From contig JAKRSH010000026.1 in NCBI GenBank assembly GCA_022402465.1, forward strand, positions 112,741-176,740: 64,000 nucleotides of DNA, written 5' to 3'. This document shows positions 34,863 to 44,806 of the stretch, in pieces. Each line of letters starts with the position of its first letter. Position 1 is the first letter of the stretch. A program made the translations under genes and the position numbers. The notes under the pieces were generated by a model. It saw only the letters and a list, made by a program, of their open reading frames with translations, searched no databases and had not been told where the DNA came from. Source of the DNA: Leptospiraceae bacterium (GTDB lineage Bacteria; Spirochaetota; Leptospiria; Leptospirales; Leptospiraceae).

Positions 34863-37220
34863 ATGATAGGATTATCTAATGGAGCAATGGAATCCTTGGG
34901 TATCAACTTTCCTTCTGGGGCAGCTCTTAAGATTAAACTTATTGCAGAAGCTCAAATTCAAGAGATTCCTTCCCTTACGGAAAAATTCCTAAAATCCAAT
35001 AAAGAGAACCAAGTATTTTGTTATTATCCAAATGAAAAATCAATAAGAAATAAATTATTGAATGTAATTCAGTCTATTAACAAGGATCAAATTAACATTC
35101 TCCCCATTGATCATAAGAGAATTCTGAATAAAGAGTTTTTATATTTTAAGAAGTTAGCTTATTTTATTCGTAAGAAATCAGAAAAGGGAGATATCTTACT
35201 ATTAGTTCCAGAAATTCTTAAAGATGCTTTAGAAACTCTTTTACCTATATTATTCCTACGACCTTTGCATTCATCACCAGAGCTAGTCTTACTTCAACTT
35301 TTCAAAAGAAAAGAAATTCTTGAATCAGATCGAATTATTTGTGAATACCTTAACTATTTAAACCCAAACTACCAAATTTCTATCCTTTTTAAAAAGTTGG
35401 AAAAGAAAACAGAGCATTCTATTCCCAAAATACAAACAAAATTTAGTATCCGTTTCAAATTGTTAGGAATCACTACTATTCTTTTAACTTTTTCTATTTC
35501 GGTATTAATATACTTTGCATCTTTATTTTTTAAAGAAACAATTTCTGTCATGGTTCAAGATTATAACCTAAGTCTTGCTCGCTTGTTGGGAGATGTAGTT
35601 AAATCTGATATAGAAAATCTTATATATAGAGCGGATATTTTTACTAATTCTTCTTTGAGTGCAAATGCTAACAATCGCCAAATACTAAAAAATGAATATT
35701 TTTTAAACAATCCTTCCGTAGTTTGGATACATATTATCCAAGACGAGAAAAGTTCTAAGGAGAATTCCTACTTCAATACAAGCTATACGAAAGATTATCC
35801 ATTTTCTGAGGAAGAATTTCTTGCGCTTATTCAAGAACGAAAAGAAATCCTAAACAGAACAAATCTTGGTTCAGCTTATATATTAAATCTAACAAAATAT
35901 TTAGATTATCCTATGCTAGCTCTTCTCTCACCTAAACTTGGTAAAAATTCTATCACAACAGTTCAGTTTGTAACACCAAGTTACTTTTTGGATTCGATAC
36001 GATCTTCTAAGCAAAGTGACTTTTTTGATTTACATATCGTAGATTCTCAAGGAAATAAAATATTTTCAACCAATGATACCTTAGATTTAAGACAATTTCC
36101 AATCATAGCAAAGATGCTCTCATCAGGAATTGACAACGGTTCCCAAAAATTCCTTCACCAATCTATCGCTTACCTTGGATCCTTTCGAATCATAGATAAA
36201 TATGGATTAGGAATCATATCATCTGTTCCTGAAGACAAAGCTTTCGAGGCAGTATATAGAATTCAGAATCAAAATATTTTACTCTTGCTAATGACTTTAT
36301 CACTCACATTTGTCTTGGTTTACCTTTTTGCCAAAACTCTATCGATTCCTATCATACGACTTGTATCTGCTACAGAAAAGATTGAACACGGAATTTTGGA
36401 ACTGGATATCGAACCAACATCAAATGATGAAATAGGTGTGCTTACTTCTTCCTTTAAGCACATGGCGAATGGCTTACGAGAGAGAGAAAGAATCAAGGAG
36501 GAATTTGGTAAATTCGTATCTCCTGAAATTGCAGAAAGAGCACTCAAGGGCGAGATAATGTTAGGTGGCGAAAAGAAGATTTGCACTGTATTTTTCTCAG
36601 ATATACGAAGCTTTACGGCAATGAGTGAATCCAAGGAACCAGAGGAAGTTGTAGAAATTCTCAATGAGTATTTTACTCAAATGGTTGATTGTGTTCATTT
36701 AACGGGCGGCATAGTTGATAAATTTATTGGGGATGCAGTCATGGCTCACTGGGGATCTGTTGTCTCAGATCCATCTGACCCCAAGAATGCAGTGGATTCT
36801 GCACTTCTTATGAGGCGTGCCTTGTTGGTTCTCAATGAAAAATTAGTAAAAGAAGGCAATAATCCTATTCGAATAGGATGTGGAATAAATTCAGGGCCAG
36901 TCATTGCAGGTCAAATTGGTTCTCAGAAGAGACTGGAATTTACCGTGATAGGAGATGCAGTTAACTTAGCATCACGAGTAGAATATTTGAATAAGGATTT
37001 TGGAACCGACATATTGATTTCTGAAAGCACATATCAGGAGTTAAACGGAGAATATGATTGCATACCAATGAAAGAAATACTTGTTCGTGGTAAAGAAAAG
37101 CCCCAAAAAACCTATGCAGTATTAGGTAAATTTACCGATGAAGGTCGGCCCAAGGATTTAGATGCACTTAGAAAACTTGTCGGAATTCCAGATTTGAAAG
37201 AAGAGCATGGGCATGAGTAA
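34863..37220 (+). CDS. membrane-bound class III adenylate/guanylate cyclase with periplasmic sensor and HAMP domains
   Basis: 785-aa ORF. Two TM segments flank a ~270 aa extracytoplasmic region. A HAMP domain follows (PIIRLVSATEKIEHG...IGVLTSSFKHMANGLRERE). The cyclase core shows CTVFFSDIRSFT, KFIGDAVMAHWG, GINSGPVIAGQIGS and FTVIGDAVNLASRVE. Confidence 0.85.
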   Translation: MIGLSNGAMESLGINFPSGAALKIKLIAEAQIQEIPSLTEKFLKSNKENQVFCYYPNEKSIRNKLLNVIQSINKDQINILPIDHKRILNKEFLYFKKLAYFIRKKSEKGDILLLVPEILKDALETLLPILFLRPLHSSPELVLLQLFKRKEILESDRIICEYLNYLNPNYQISILFKKLEKKTEHSIPKIQTKFSIRFKLLGITTILLTFSISVLIYFASLFFKETISVMVQDYNLSLARLLGDVVKSDIENLIYRADIFTNSSLSANANNRQILKNEYFLNNPSVVWIHIIQDEKSSKENSYFNTSYTKDYPFSEEEFLALIQERKEILNRTNLGSAYILNLTKYLDYPMLALLSPKLGKNSITTVQFVTPSYFLDSIRSSKQSDFFDLHIVDSQGNKIFSTNDTLDLRQFPIIAKMLSSGIDNGSQKFLHQSIAYLGSFRIIDKYGLGIISSVPEDKAFEAVYRIQNQNILLLLMTLSLTFVLVYLFAKTLSIPIIRLVSATEKIEHGILELDIEPTSNDEIGVLTSSFKHMANGLRERERIKEEFGKFVSPEIAERALKGEIMLGGEKKICTVFFSDIRSFTAMSESKEPEEVVEILNEYFTQMVDCVHLTGGIVDKFIGDAVMAHWGSVVSDPSDPKNAVDSALLMRRALLVLNEKLVKEGNNPIRIGCGINSGPVIAGQIGSQKRLEFTVIGDAVNLASRVEYLNKDFGTDILISESTYQELNGEYDCIPMKEILVRGKEKPQKTYAVLGKFTDEGRPKDLDALRKLVGIPDLKEEHGHE

Positions 37221-38820
37221 ATTAAGAAATTTAATTTTTAAAAATTTGGAATTAGACAAGAAGGATTGGATAGTAATAGTATTTTCATTTCTTGTTTTTT
37301 CATTCAGTGCCTTATTATTTATTTTCTTGGAAATACAAATACATGAATCAAGTCGTGAAGTAGTTGGAACAGTAATCTATAGAAATCGAGTTGCTCAAAG
37401 AAGAAATTCTTCTTCATCGATTTGGTCTGATGTAGCTCAGAAGGAACAAGTGAGAAATTTTGATTCCATTCGTACGGATGAGTTAGCGGAGGCTATCATA
37501 ACCCTGAATTCTGGTACTCGTATTGAATTGGATCCATTTAGTATGATAGTATTGAATATCATAGATGAAGCAACGGAGATTCAACTCCTGAGAGGTTCAA
37601 TTCTTGTAGATCCTATTGAAAATGATAATATTAAAATCAAAAAAGGCGAAGATACAACAATTTATTTCAAACAATTGATCCGAATTTTCGGAGATGAGTC
37701 AGATTTCATCCAAATTTTTTCTAATGGTAAAATTGAGATTCTCAATTCTATAGAAAGAAAAATCTATTTAGAGCAACATTTAATCGAAATGGATAGTAAG
37801 ATTTCCAATGATAGAGGTATAAGTCTTGGTACAATTTCGCCAACTGATAATTCTAGATACTTTGTGAATTCTTCTCAATCACTTAGCATAACATTTCTTT
37901 GGAAGAATGAATCTTCAGAAAGCCATGAATTTATACTATCATCGGATCCATTCTTTCGGGAGGTAATATTTAGAAAAAATACAAATGATGATTTTCTAAA
38001 ATTAGCCTTGTATGATGGTAATTATTATTGGAAAATAAAATCAGCTAAGTCCGAATCATTGACCAAAAGATTTAAAATCAAAGCTCTCGAATCTATTTCC
38101 AGTATTAGCCCTGCGGAGAAAGAAGAAATCAGTCTTTTTAAAGGAGAACTAGTCGCATTTTCCTGGGAGTTGTCTGAGTTAGCTTCTGATTATAAAATAC
38201 TCATTACGAAAGATCAGCAAAGGAATGAAGTCTTCCTTACTAAATCTTCTCAGAGAAATGCCATCTCTATAAGCTTACCTAGCGGCTCCTACTCTTGGAA
38301 GGTTGAGGGCAATGGTTCTCTGCCGGGATCCAATACGAGTTCTGAATGGAAAAAGTTTAGCGTATCTATATTAGATGATGCGAATCTAAAGATCAATCAG
38401 AATCAGAATACAATTCCCAAGACTGAAACAAATATAAATACGGAAAAGATTCCCAAACTTGATACAAATTTAAATGCAGATCCGAAAAATCAAACTGCTC
38501 TCTTAGTCCCTAAGGCTATTTATCCTTTGTCTGTAGTGGATATGGCAAAAAAGGATAAACTAGTATTTCGTTGGCAGAAAGTTCCCAGTGCTCAAAATTA
38601 TGAATTGATACTTCGAAATGGATCTTCGAATGGGAAAGAAGTATTCCGCAAGACTATTAACACGAATCAATATGTTTTAACGGATCTTACGATTCTTGAT
38701 GTTGGAAATTTTTCCTGGGAAGTGAAGGTTTATTCGGAGACTGGCGACTCGATGAGTTCAGGAAATATAAATTTTAAGATCATACTATCCAATGAATTGG
38801 AAGCTCCGGTGATTGAATAG
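37207..38820 (+). CDS. FecR-like domain membrane protein with three beta-sandwich-like repeats
   Basis: 537-aa ORF overlapping the cyclase stop by 14 nt. It has one N-terminal TM segment and a FecR-like segment (VGTVIYRNRVAQRR....W.......V.NFDSIRTDELAEAIITLNSGTRIELDPFSMIVL). Three ~65-aa modules of pattern F-x-W....Y-x-[IL].....G-x-[YF]-x-W-[KE]-[VI] follow. Confidence 0.55.
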   Translation: MGMSKLRNLIFKNLELDKKDWIVIVFSFLVFSFSALLFIFLEIQIHESSREVVGTVIYRNRVAQRRNSSSSIWSDVAQKEQVRNFDSIRTDELAEAIITLNSGTRIELDPFSMIVLNIIDEATEIQLLRGSILVDPIENDNIKIKKGEDTTIYFKQLIRIFGDESDFIQIFSNGKIEILNSIERKIYLEQHLIEMDSKISNDRGISLGTISPTDNSRYFVNSSQSLSITFLWKNESSESHEFILSSDPFFREVIFRKNTNDDFLKLALYDGNYYWKIKSAKSESLTKRFKIKALESISSISPAEKEEISLFKGELVAFSWELSELASDYKILITKDQQRNEVFLTKSSQRNAISISLPSGSYSWKVEGNGSLPGSNTSSEWKKFSVSILDDANLKINQNQNTIPKTETNINTEKIPKLDTNLNADPKNQTALLVPKAIYPLSVVDMAKKDKLVFRWQKVPSAQNYELILRNGSSNGKEVFRKTINTNQYVLTDLTILDVGNFSWEVKVYSETGDSMSSGNINFKIILSNELEAPVIE

Positions 38821-39621
38821 ATGAAGAATTTAACTATAATAATGACATTTTTGTTAGTTGGAGTTCAATTTGAACTTTATTCTCAAGAGAAAGAATTTGT
38901 CCTAAAATGGAAGGATGTATCAGGAAATAAAGGATATATAGTCAAAATCTCTACGGATCAAACACAAAAAGAGATTAGTTCAATCTCTAATATAACAACT
39001 TTAAAACTAAATCCTGGTAAGTATTCTATTCAAGTAGCAGCTAAGAATCGTTTCGGCAAGCCAGGAAAATTCTCAGAACCTAAAGAAATCAATATAAGCA
39101 TTGCCTCACAGAAAGAAATAGATTTATCTCAAGAAAAACCTCTGTTAGATTTTCTTGAATATTCTGCAATTGATTATGGTAATTATCAGACATGGATACC
39201 TGGTTATCTTCAATACAAGAAATCTAATTGGAAAGATGCTTCTCTTTATTGGATCACTATGCCTAGTCTTGCGTATATTGGTTATTCTGAAAAAATTCGA
39301 GGCGATAAGATCGCAAATGATGCTTGGAATGATCCCGTGAATTTGTTTTTTCTGCTTCAAAACCGTTCTCCTTTGGAAATATATTATTTTAGAAATCGTA
39401 GAGATGAGCAAAAATCAAAGTACTCAGATGCTCAACTCAATCAAAAGTATATAGCTAGTGGTTTATTTCTTTTCTATGCATTACATTGGGTAGATTTGTA
39501 TTTTTTTAATGGGGAAGGGATTATTAATAGCTTTTCTTCGTCTCATAGAGAACAAGCAAATCTTGGAATAGATCATATAACAGGTGTAGAGTTTCAATGG
39601 AGATTTGATACAAGTCGATGA
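38821..39621 (+). CDS. hypothetical secreted/membrane protein carrying one copy of the same beta-sandwich-like module
   Basis: 266-aa ORF starting at the nucleotide after the previous stop. It has a signal peptide, the module FVLKWKDVSGNKGYIVKIS...LNPGKYSIQVAA, and hydrophobic segments in the C-terminal half. Confidence 0.45.
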   Translation: MKNLTIIMTFLLVGVQFELYSQEKEFVLKWKDVSGNKGYIVKISTDQTQKEISSISNITTLKLNPGKYSIQVAAKNRFGKPGKFSEPKEINISIASQKEIDLSQEKPLLDFLEYSAIDYGNYQTWIPGYLQYKKSNWKDASLYWITMPSLAYIGYSEKIRGDKIANDAWNDPVNLFFLLQNRSPLEIYYFRNRRDEQKSKYSDAQLNQKYIASGLFLFYALHWVDLYFFNGEGIINSFSSSHREQANLGIDHITGVEFQWRFDTSR

Positions 39622-40700
39622 AAAGAATTCCTATAATCATAATCATATCTTCAACTTTGATCGCATTTATACCTGTTCTCGGTTTTATCTTGGTTGCTCA
39701 CTCGAAAATGATTCCAGTTTCTGAATTTTCACGAATAATTAGTCATTATAATATCTTTCAATTGTTATTTAATGTTTTTTTAATTGCTGTTGCAATAGGA
39801 ATGCTGCGAATCCAAAAGTGGTCCTTTATAAGTTTCATAGTATTGGGTGTTTGTTTTTTGATTTATTCGATTATTTTGATATCCTTATCCCTTCTTGGCT
39901 TAAGTTCATATGAGTTTCACGTTTTTGATTATACAATTCTATTGGTCATTATTTCAGTTTTATTTGCTTCCCTTGCTTATATTATTCGCAAAGAATTATC
40001 TATGCCTTATTTCTCGATTCTAGGTAGAGGATGGCGACTTTCTAGGAGAGAATCCTTACCTATAAAGATAGAATGGAATAATGATCTTGGACAAAAAGGA
40101 TATTGCTTAACAGAAAATATTTCTTCCAAAGGTTGCTTACTGCCATTAACAGAATCTATGGAAATAATTTTTCTTCCATACACTGAGATTGAGATTAAAT
40201 TGTATTTCTATGAGAATCATATTTTGAAAGTTATACCTGTAATTGGAACTATTTTAAGAATCGAAGAAACCTTGCCCGTGGTACTCAATCAAGAGGCAAT
40301 TGCTAAAGCTGGTATCATCTTTAAATATGTAAATGGTAGAAAGGATGAAAAATGGGTCTCAAACTTTTTAGATGAGAAATACTCTGCGAGATATGCAACA
40401 GATCTTATTGCGAGCCTAATACAGAATGATATTACTATGTCCACAAGGCTCTTTAATTTATCTCGCACGGGAATGTATCTTATACGAGATGAGATGCTTC
40501 CTGAGAAGACAGAAGTGATTGTTGAATTCAATACGAATTTTGGAAGAGTAAGTTGCAATGCTCAAGTAGTTTGGACGAATCCAAAGGGACTCTATGATAA
40601 ACCTCCAGGAATGGGAATTCAGATTTTGAAGGTACACCAATATATAAAATTTACTATTTATCTTTTCTACTTAGCGTATTTGGATGAAGTAAGAAGATAA
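39618..40700 (+). CDS. polytopic membrane protein with two PilZ-like (c-di-GMP-binding) domains
   Basis: 360-aa ORF with a 4-nt overlap onto the previous gene. It has four N-terminal TM helices. PilZ-type motifs follow: RLSRRESLPIKI...CLTENISSKGCLL, and a second, more degenerate copy (..SARYATD...LFNLSRTGMYL..). Confidence 0.6.
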   Translation: MKRIPIIIIISSTLIAFIPVLGFILVAHSKMIPVSEFSRIISHYNIFQLLFNVFLIAVAIGMLRIQKWSFISFIVLGVCFLIYSIILISLSLLGLSSYEFHVFDYTILLVIISVLFASLAYIIRKELSMPYFSILGRGWRLSRRESLPIKIEWNNDLGQKGYCLTENISSKGCLLPLTESMEIIFLPYTEIEIKLYFYENHILKVIPVIGTILRIEETLPVVLNQEAIAKAGIIFKYVNGRKDEKWVSNFLDEKYSARYATDLIASLIQNDITMSTRLFNLSRTGMYLIRDEMLPEKTEVIVEFNTNFGRVSCNAQVVWTNPKGLYDKPPGMGIQILKVHQYIKFTIYLFYLAYLDEVRR

Positions 40701-40702
40701 CT

Positions 40703-42754
40703 TTGAAAAAATCAACAATCTATAAATTCTTTCCAAGCTTAGTATTATCTCTAGTTGTATTTTTAATTTTTATATTTTGCTTTTTGCTCTTTATCAATAA
40801 GACCAATAACTCGAAACGCGAGCTAGGCGCTAAATCTTCCTTGGAATATACAATTTCTCATCGATTGGATTCTGAAAATAGTTTAGAAAAGATAGTTGCC
40901 TTGCAGCAATCAGATTGGATAAAAATGTATTCTTCCAAGCTTCCCTATGGTTACTTAGAAGATTCGGTATGGGTGAAAATACGAGCAAGGAATTCAGAAC
41001 CTACTGAGCAACAAGAAATTATTTTATTGGAACAGTCAGCCTTGGATATGATTGAATTTTTTCAATTCGAAGGTTCTAATTTAATTCTTTCTAAGAAACA
41101 AGGAGATCTCTTTAAGTTTCAGGAAAGGGAGTTGCAATTCAGAAATTTTTCTTTTTCTTTCTCTATGAAGCCAAGTAGCGAGACAGAGATCTATTTGAAA
41201 ATTAAAACTTCTGGTTCTTTGAATTCCTCGATAATCATAATGGACAAAGATGCTTTCTCGGAATATCTTTCTAAGGACAATTTGGTTTTTGGATTATTCT
41301 TTGGCTTTATGATGGCAATACTACTTTATAATATAATTATTTACGCATTTACTTCAGAATTCAGTTTTTTGCTTTCAGCGCTTACGTTATTTTTATATTT
41401 TTCATTAATCTTTGTTGCCTTTGGATTCGGCTTTATGTATTTATATTCGAGTTTCCCTATCATACAATCTAGAGCCTATCTAAGCTTTAATATTTTAACA
41501 AATATTTCTATGATTATCTTGTTTGCTAGGATTTTGACATCGAGTGATACTTCTACAAAACTTAACAGAATTCCATTAATCCTTCTTGCACCACTTTTAA
41601 TATTATTAATTTCACATATTTATTCTCCAAAGCATATTTATTATAATTGTGTTCATATATTAAATTTAATTTCAATTTCCATACTAATATTCATTAGCTT
41701 ATTATCCATCAAAAAGAATAATATAACTAGATACTATGCTTTGGCATTAGTTATCTTAGTTTTGATTATTGCTCCTATAATATTTGCCTTATCAGGTTAT
41801 GTTGAAGGTGATGGATACTCTACGTATTCTTTCTTATTCAGTTCTTCTTTGATTTTAATCATTATTACATCAGCTATGGGAAGAAAAGTATATAATTATA
41901 AATCTGAAAGAGATCATTATATACTAAGAATACTTAGAAGTCAGAAGCATTACAATAGAAAGCTTGAAAAGAAAGTTAGAGAGAAAACTTATGAATTAAG
42001 TAATAATTTACAGAACCTATCACTAGATATAGAATTAGCTCGTTCCATCCAACTTGCAACTCTACCTATTTTAGAAAATTTTAATTTACCCAATTTTAAA
42101 GTCGCAGGATCATTTTTGCCTAGAGATAGAGTGGGTGGAGATCTTTTTGATTTATTTACCATGGAAGATGGAAGAATCCGTGCTATAGTTTGTGATGTTA
42201 CTGGTCATGGAATTCAAGCGGCACTGGTAACTATGTCAATACGTGCTGAGTTTGATCGAATCAAAAAGCGCGATATGCCTATAGAAAAAATATTGCGACA
42301 ACTCAATCGCACTATACTTGCGTCTTTTTCAGAATCACCCTTGTATGCTTCTGCAGTTTTAATTGAAATAGATCGGAAGAAACAAATCATTCGATTTGCA
42401 AATGCTGGACATCCAAGTCAATATATTATTTCGAAAGATCAAATCGTAGTAATGGATCCTCAATCACGAATATTAGGAATACATGATGATACAGAATTCT
42501 ATCATACTGAGCTTGCTTTGAGTGATCCATATACTATTTATTTATTTTCAGATGGCGTTTTTGAAGAGTTTAATAAAAAAATGGAAGTCTTTGGCGAACA
42601 AAGGTTTTTTGATTTGATCAAGAAAAATCCTGAAGAAAATCTACAAGAAAAGATTAACAATATTTATGATGAACTATTCGATTTTGTTGGAGAAAAAGGA
42701 TTTGTGGATGATGTTACTATGCTTTTTCTACGAGATGATTTGCTTAGTCCTTAA
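40703..42754 (+). CDS. 7TM-DISM receptor fused to PP2C/SpoIIE-type serine phosphatase (paralogue of 18074-20140)
   Basis: 683-aa ORF with a TTG start 3 nt after the previous stop. The architecture matches the 18074-20140 protein. The SpoIIE pattern is LPRDRVGGDLFDL..AIVCDVTGHGIQAALVTM..FANAGHP..IYLFSDGVFEE..DDVTMLFL. Confidence 0.8.
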   Translation: MKKSTIYKFFPSLVLSLVVFLIFIFCFLLFINKTNNSKRELGAKSSLEYTISHRLDSENSLEKIVALQQSDWIKMYSSKLPYGYLEDSVWVKIRARNSEPTEQQEIILLEQSALDMIEFFQFEGSNLILSKKQGDLFKFQERELQFRNFSFSFSMKPSSETEIYLKIKTSGSLNSSIIIMDKDAFSEYLSKDNLVFGLFFGFMMAILLYNIIIYAFTSEFSFLLSALTLFLYFSLIFVAFGFGFMYLYSSFPIIQSRAYLSFNILTNISMIILFARILTSSDTSTKLNRIPLILLAPLLILLISHIYSPKHIYYNCVHILNLISISILIFISLLSIKKNNITRYYALALVILVLIIAPIIFALSGYVEGDGYSTYSFLFSSSLILIIITSAMGRKVYNYKSERDHYILRILRSQKHYNRKLEKKVREKTYELSNNLQNLSLDIELARSIQLATLPILENFNLPNFKVAGSFLPRDRVGGDLFDLFTMEDGRIRAIVCDVTGHGIQAALVTMSIRAEFDRIKKRDMPIEKILRQLNRTILASFSESPLYASAVLIEIDRKKQIIRFANAGHPSQYIISKDQIVVMDPQSRILGIHDDTEFYHTELALSDPYTIYLFSDGVFEEFNKKMEVFGEQRFFDLIKKNPEENLQEKINNIYDELFDFVGEKGFVDDVTMLFLRDDLLSP

Positions 42755-42931
42755 AATTCTATTTTTAATTTTTCCTAACACTTGATGCTTATCGGGATTC
42801 GTTCTTTTTTGGCTGCTTCTAACTATTTCAATTCCTTGACGAAAGAGGCTCAGAAATAAGTCTGAAATTTATAGCCTATCTTTTAGCTATAAAATAAATC
42901 TGGCTCAATCGAAGCCACGGAGTGTTGTATT

Positions 42932-44251
42932 ATGAAAATCAATCAGAAAATTATCTTAGCAGCGCCTGCAAGAACTCCTTTTGCACAAATAGGAAAGGCT
43001 CTTGCTAACTACCCAGGCCACCATTTAGGGAAATTAGTTGGTGAAGAAGTCATAAAAAGAAGCGGTCTTAAGCCGACAGATATAGATGGAGTTATTGTAG
43101 GTGAGGGTTTTTCTAACGCTCCTAACTCAGCAAGAGTGATTGCAAATCTATTGGGTCTTCCTATGGATATTCCTTGTCTAACTGTAGCCAATAACTGTGT
43201 ATCAGGTTTAGAGGCTGTTGCAGAAGCATCCAGAAGAATTATGCTTGGTGAAGGAAAAGTCTTCTTAGTGATTGGTGAAGAGTCCCAAACTTCTATGCCT
43301 TTTGTTGTTAAAAATGCTCGATTAAATAAGAAAACAAACTCTTTGGATTCTTTAAAAAAGGTTCTTCCAGACAATCTTCCTGAGGGAGTTGAATTAAGAG
43401 ATACCTTAGAAGATGGTCTAGGTGATGGAGAGACATCTTTTGGAATGCAAGTCACGGCTGAAATTCTAGCTCAAAATTATGGACTTTCTCGTGAGATCCA
43501 AGATAAGGTAGCCTTTGAATCTTTCAAAAGAGCCTTTGAATCTACTGAGCAAGGTAAGTACAAACCGTACATTATGGAATTCAAAGATGAGGATGGTTCA
43601 TCCTTGCAAGCCGACGAAGCCGTACTTTTGAGAGAAGGTTTAGTGAAAAATCCTACTCGTATGGGTCGTGCTATGTTAATGTTTGAGAATCCTCAAATGA
43701 AATTCGAACAATTCAAAGAAAAGTATTCTAAATATTTGAAGAAATCTCATGGACCAACACTCTCTATCTTCAATGCAAGCCCAAGATCCGATGGAGCGGC
43801 TGGACTAATTGTTGCATCCGAAGACAAGGCGAAAGAGCTAGGATTGAAAGCTAAGGCAACTATTTCTGGTTTCAAGATGAAAGGTGTTGATCCTAACCTA
43901 ATGGGACTTGGACAAGCAGAAGCGACTGTAAGTCTTTTAGAAGAGTTAGGTGAGAAGATTGAAAACATCGATTATATTGAAATTCATGAAGCTTTTGCAG
44001 CTACTGCAGTTGCAGCACTTGAGGAAATTAAGATCAAGACAGGACTGGATTGGGAAAAGAAATTTGATGAGAAGCACATCAACCCTAACGGTGGTTCTAT
44101 TGCAATTGGTCACCCATTTGGTGCAACTGGTGTGAGATTACTTCACAATGCGATTATGGATTTTGAAGAAGATCCTTCTGCTAAGAAAGTATTGGTAACA
44201 GCATGCGCACACGGTGGAATTGCTGGTTCAATGGTAGTAGAAAGAGTATAA
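42932..44251 (+). CDS. thiolase (acetyl-CoA C-acetyl/acyltransferase)
   Basis: 439-aa ORF. The thiolase landmarks are the active-site Cys region VANNCVSGLEAV, then IEIHEAFAA, NPNGGSIAIGHPFGATG and the C-terminal CAHGG. Confidence 0.85.
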   Translation: MKINQKIILAAPARTPFAQIGKALANYPGHHLGKLVGEEVIKRSGLKPTDIDGVIVGEGFSNAPNSARVIANLLGLPMDIPCLTVANNCVSGLEAVAEASRRIMLGEGKVFLVIGEESQTSMPFVVKNARLNKKTNSLDSLKKVLPDNLPEGVELRDTLEDGLGDGETSFGMQVTAEILAQNYGLSREIQDKVAFESFKRAFESTEQGKYKPYIMEFKDEDGSSLQADEAVLLREGLVKNPTRMGRAMLMFENPQMKFEQFKEKYSKYLKKSHGPTLSIFNASPRSDGAAGLIVASEDKAKELGLKAKATISGFKMKGVDPNLMGLGQAEATVSLLEELGEKIENIDYIEIHEAFAATAVAALEEIKIKTGLDWEKKFDEKHINPNGGSIAIGHPFGATGVRLLHNAIMDFEEDPSAKKVLVTACAHGGIAGSMVVERV

Positions 44252-44326
44252 ATAATTTTTAACGTCAACCAAACCTTTTTGCAATTATGAAATTGGTAAA
44301 TTGGTTTAACGTGAATTTAATAAAAA

Positions 44327-44352
44327 AGCCCCACTTAAAAATGGGGCTTTTC
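44327..44352 (+). terminator. rho-independent terminator after the thiolase gene
   Basis: AGCCCCA (44327-44333), an 8-nt loop and TGGGGCT (44342-44348) are followed by TTTC and preceded by an A-tract. This is the only strong GC-rich stem seen in the flanking AT-rich spacer. Confidence 0.7.
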
Positions 44353-44416
44353 AATTAGAATGTATTGAAGAAAACCGCAGGAAAAAAATTTTACATATTC
44401 GATTGAGGAAAAACTT

Positions 44417-44737
44417 ATGAGTGAAGATTTTAAAGATGTTACTGTTGTAAAGAAAGCAAATTTTTACTTTGATGGCAAAGTTACAAGTCGTACCATCCTT
44501 TTCGCAAACGGTGAAAAGAAGACTCTTGGGGTGATGCTACCAGGGGAATATGAATTTGGAACCGATGTTGCTGAGAATATGGATATTCTTCAAGGCAGTC
44601 TAGAAGTTCAATTGCCCGGCTCCTCAGAATGGAAGAAGATTAATGCGGGAGATAACTTTGATGTACCTGCTCAGTCAAAGTTTAAAATGAAAGTCTTAAG
44701 TCTGTCTGATTATTGCTGTAGCTATTTTAATTCTTAA
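44417..44737 (+). CDS. ppnP: pyrimidine/purine nucleoside phosphorylase PpnP (DUF1255 cupin)
   Basis: 106-aa ORF. Its length and the pattern ..[39 protein letters not shown]...E.M.I..G.L.V.LPG...W... are typical of PpnP. Confidence 0.75.
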   Translation: MSEDFKDVTVVKKANFYFDGKVTSRTILFANGEKKTLGVMLPGEYEFGTDVAENMDILQGSLEVQLPGSSEWKKINAGDNFDVPAQSKFKMKVLSLSDYCCSYFNS

Positions 44738-44806
44738 AATTGGAAATGGAATTAAATATTCATATAAGAATTGAATGTGCATTTTAACAAAAAGGGATCA
44801 TGAATC

